From Dudresnaya verticillata (taxonomy: Eukaryota), in NCBI GenBank assembly GCA_977862235.1, contig OZ374562.1:1736001-1800000 (forward strand): a stretch of 64,000 nucleotides of DNA. The letters are read 5' to 3'. The notes under the pieces were generated by a model. The model searched no databases. It saw nothing but the letters and a program-made list of their open reading frames with translations, and had not been told where the DNA came from. This document shows, piece by piece, positions 60,022 to 64,000 of the stretch. The position numbers and the translations under genes were made by a program. Numbering within the stretch: the first letter of the stretch is position 1; each line of letters begins with the position of its first letter.

Positions 60022-62789
60022 GGCGATGGCGGCGGCGGCGGCGCGCGCGGCGACCGGACTGCGCGGTGCGGCGGCGCGCGCGCTGCGGCTTGAAAGGGCC
60101 GCGGCGCAGGCGCTGGCTCGTCGGGTGTTCTCGGCGGCGCAGGAGCCCGCCGGCTGGAGACGGTGGCGGTGGGGCTTGCGGCGGTGCAGTTGGGGCGGCT
60201 GTGCATTGCGAATGCGCGTGTCGGGGTCGGGGGTAATGGAGGACAGACCGACTCGTTAGGGACGCGCGACGGGAGGCCCCATGAAAGGGGTGTTGCAGCT
60301 GGTTGTGTTGATAGCGCGGTTGGGGGCGACGGCACGTGGGCAGCGATGTGGCAGCGGCAACATAGCGTGCCATTGGTTGTATCCAGTCGGGCCTGGGGCC
60401 GTAGAGTGTAACGGGTATTGGCTTCGTCGTTACAGTGCGGAGAGTTTGTTCGCACTGTAAGCGTTGTTCTGTTGTATTGTAACGACCGTGCACGTGTACA
60501 CGTAGCAGTAGTGTACCTTTCTGTCCAGACGTCTATTGCATTGCATGACAGTCAACTTTGCAGCCAACTCAGACTGCCCCTGCTCCGGTCTACCGGGGCG
60601 GGGCGTGCATGGCCGCGTTTGCGCAACGAGTTGCAGTATGGCTCACCACCGTAAGCATTGTAGTGCTTTGCGCGGCCCGGATGGTGCAGCCGACGTCTCC
60701 GACAACGGCGCAGGCATAATTGATAGATGGATATGCTGCAGAGCACTGCTCGCCGCATTGTGAGTACAGCCCCTGCGACCTTGTTACACTCTGGGCGTTG
60801 GCGTCGTGCGTCCCGCAGCCATATGCCTCGACTGGTCGTTGGCCACCTAGTGTCTCTTAGGTATCGAGAGCGACTTTCCCTTCTGCAACGCTTCCAGCTG
60901 CTGCGTATCCTCGGCCAATGTTGACCACAAAACGATCTGAGAGTGACGCCTCCCAAGTAGATATCGCACGTGCGCAGCTAGCAAGACGGGGCCCGCACCC
61001 GCTTTAGCAGGGCAGAAGCAGTGGTTGGCTGAAAAGCGCTTGAGTGCAGACACATTCTGTGTGTACATACAATGCGATGCCCCGCTGAAACAACAGCACC
61101 ACCGCTGAACTGCAGCCTTTGCGTGCGAATGAGAGCAGAAGCTGCTTCGCCACTACTGTAGCGCTCGCTCCATAGCTTCGCATTCGCTGCTCAAGACTTG
61201 CCCTTCATCTGCATAGCACCGCGAGCTCCGATTACAAAGTATATAGTATAAAATGAGCAGACGACCGATCCTCAGACGTGGAAATTGTTTCTCGAGTAAA
61301 CGATAAAGATAATATTTAGGTCAAGCTCACCTTTAGAGCACACGATTTGAAACAAGACCTTCATTTCAATCTATGGCAAGACTCGAGGTCACCACAACGC
61401 TTTACGTATCGAGAGACCCAAGCGAGTGAGCCTCATCGCACTCTCCCGAGACGTGCAAGCAACACCAGAAATAGCATGGCCTTCGCAATACTGCTGTGCA
61501 GAAACTCACGGAAAACATAGGTATTGTGCAATCCATTCCACAAAGGCAACGCTGAGCATGCTCTCCATCGCTGTAAAGTCGCAATAGATGCATACTTGCG
61601 TTGTCCACGGCCGGTATGCTTTCATCGAGGGACTGCTGCACATCCCTCTTGCCACACAAGCATCATCAGTTGTTTGCGTGTGCCATTCTTTCAGGCAGTA
61701 TTCATTGCTCGCAGTGCTCGAGCAGCACCCTCGTCATGACTCTGCTAACATGGTAGTTAGACATATTACAGCATGCTGTATTCGTCGCAATGCCTACGCA
61801 ACATCGTCGAGATGCCCTTATAATTCTCATATCCATACAGAGGCGCTTGGAGATTCGACCTGCGCCGATGGTCGCTAGACAGTGGTCTACAGATACTGTA
61901 ACGTTAGCACACCCTCGCGGCGCAAAGTTCGGCAGCCTTGCTAGGAGTCGTTGCCAACGGTCACGCCCACGCATCCCGAGAACGCTTCCGACGGCACAGC
62001 TTGCGCGTTTGCAATGGGCCCGACAGCACGCCTGGCTTCGTTAATGAGGTCGAAGGGACCTTGAACAGGGAACAGCCCACAAACGACAATCCTGTTATCA
62101 CGCGGCGCTCAACGGCGGTCAAGGCACTACGGTTGCAGCCAGCACGGCGTACAATATGCGGCCAAGCCAGACCGGAGACCTTGTTAAGGAGCCAGCGGTC
62201 TGCTAAGGGGATAGAGTGATGCACATCTCCAGAGATCAATGCCTTCGTTGTGAATCTTGAAACGAAGCGTCGTGACTTGAATGACAGGTTTCCACGCTCG
62301 ATGCGGAGGGACCTTGTACACGCATATCCAGCGATCCGACAGTTACCCCCTTGTTCCGCGCTGATGATCCACAAAGAAGAGCTGCTCGAAACGGCGTCTT
62401 CATCAACAAGCCTGTAGTATGTGGATTGCAGAAAAGTCGAAGTGTCCATGTTGGAACCCGGCAATCTGCTCCACAACGAAGTTGCCAACCCGCAAGGCTC
62501 GGGGCCTCTGCAGCTGCTTCATTGGATTCAGGCAGTAAGGCATTATCAGATGCACATGCGCCATGCAAAGAATGAGTGTATGCAGAGCATGTGAAGGTTG
62601 CGGACCGCGAAGTGCTGTTGACACCTTGCATTCCAGCTTGTACTCCTGGACAACGCTTTTCTTCGAACAGCAGTAACACGTTCTCCGATACTCGGTTCCC
62701 AGGGAGATATCGATGCATATTCTACCAGATCTCGAGCAGGAAAACATCACGGTTGCCTTCCCACTTGGTTCCTGATAAACGCCTTCGAA

Positions 62790-64000
62790 TCAAAGCATTC
62801 CCCTGTCCCTGAATCTCTCTACGATCGACGCAAAATGGAAAAAAGAACGCAGCAAAAGCAGCTCGGATGAGTTAGCTTCTGCCACGGCAACACTTGCACC
62901 TCTCAAAGCCCATAACACGGGCAGAAAACCAACTCGCTACGTACCGAGCATCGTCTCGTTCCCTTCAACGCCGCCGCTGTGGTAGTAAATAAGATCCTCC
63001 CCTTCGCTGCAAAGGCGCCCCTCCTCCAGCGCAAGCATGCCTTCCTCCCATGCCTTGGGGGCATACACAAGGTCAAAGACGAAGTCTTCCGCGGCTCGGC
63101 ACATCTCAGTCCATATAGCCAGCTTGTCCCTTCTGACATCGGCAAATTTGCCTCGCAACCTCGGTCGAAGCACAGACGGGAGGGCAGCGGTGCCTATGCC
63201 ATCCGTATCTGCGGATAAGCGGGCCAATCTTCGCATCTGCCGCACGAGGTAGCGCTCATCACCCGACACAGGCACGGCAACGACAGTAGCAACATCACGC
63301 AAATGCTTGGCGAGAAAGTATGCAGTGGTGCCCGTGCCAGCGGCGAGCAAGACGACGGGGCGCTTCGAGGCGAGACGGCGCTGTTGGCGCAGATCATCAA
63401 TCTGCTCGCGCAGCTCAGCAGCCAGCACTGCAATGCCTGGCTCAGCAAGCGGGAAGGCACCGCCCTGCGGGACGAAGAGGGCGTTGGCAGCGTCCAGATC
63501 GGGCAGGTGTTCTGCGGCCGCGGCGCGCGCAGAGGACTCGGCGACGTGTGGCATGGTGTCACTGAAGGCGGCGGCGTATTCTACAGAGGGAAGCTGCACG
63601 TGACGCATGCCGTTTTGCAGGGCGGTTGCGAAGTTGCCGCGCTCAGGAATGTGCGGCGGGAGCGGGCGCGAGAGGTAGACAAACGGCAGGCGGCGCAGGG
63701 CGGCTACGGCGGACAGCGCGGCCATGGCGTTCGACTGCGTGCCGCCGAGCGAGAGCACGTACGAGTGCGGGAGCGGCGCGGGCGGGAGCAGGGCGTGGAA
63801 CTTGCGCAGCTTGCTGGCGTGTAGGCCGGCGTGGTGCAGGACATCGTCGCGCTTGACCAGCACCGTGCGGGCGCGGAAGGTCAGCGCGGTCAGAGGCGTT
63901 GCCGGGAGCGACGGGAGCGCCGGCGCGGGCGGGCGCTGCGACGCGCAGGTTGGGGAGGTGCGGTGGCGGGGGGGAGGGCGGGCGCGGGCGCGGGCGCGGG
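62790..64000 (-). CDS. PLP-dependent D-cysteine desulfhydrase / ACC deaminase-family protein; 5' end likely outside the window; predicted intron 62819-62944
   Basis: VKRDD..SKLRKF, SLGGTQSNAM, VPQGG, AAGTGTT, FDLVYAPK, YYHSGG. A GT...GCTAAC...TAG intron yields the C-terminus GNETMLERFRDRGML*. Confidence 0.88.

Noticed and set aside
60500..62780. Short ORFs downstream of the PLP enzyme gene
   Set aside because: Stops in all frames and no recognisable family.

Overview
Eukaryotic, intron-poor genomic DNA, by inference from a florideophyte red alga (compact GC-rich genes interspersed with nested LTR retrotransposons; taxon not confirmed). About 2-46.4 kb is mostly a nested retroelement island. 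It holds a decayed Ty3/gypsy element (2.0-6.2 kb, with an extra zinc-finger ORF before gag), a non-LTR (RLE-type) relic, and a chromovirus with both LTRs but lacking PR/RT (9657-20985, minus). It also holds a Ty1/copia with LTRs and a TSD (21069-25619), a stack of solo or split LTRs (27-33 kb), and a second, diverged chromovirus (33304-45715, plus). Host genes are a type II membrane methyltransferase-like protein (6.8-7.8 kb), a La-motif protein (47-48 kb), a transporter-pyruvyltransferase fusion (55.6-58.2 kb), an unknown membrane protein (58.6-60.0 kb) and a PLP-dependent D-cysteine desulfhydrase/ACC deaminase-family gene with a terminal intron (62.8-64 kb). There are two main findings. (1) Both diverged chromoviruses carry a homologous ~750-codon antisense ORF at the same position, between the chromodomain and the 3' end, with a conserved domain I cannot assign to a family. 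(2) One 853-aa ORF fuses a triose-phosphate/PEP-translocator-type transporter to a polysaccharide pyruvyltransferase, a plausible self-supplying module for cell-wall galactan pyruvylation. All family calls come from motif recognition by eye; no searches were run.
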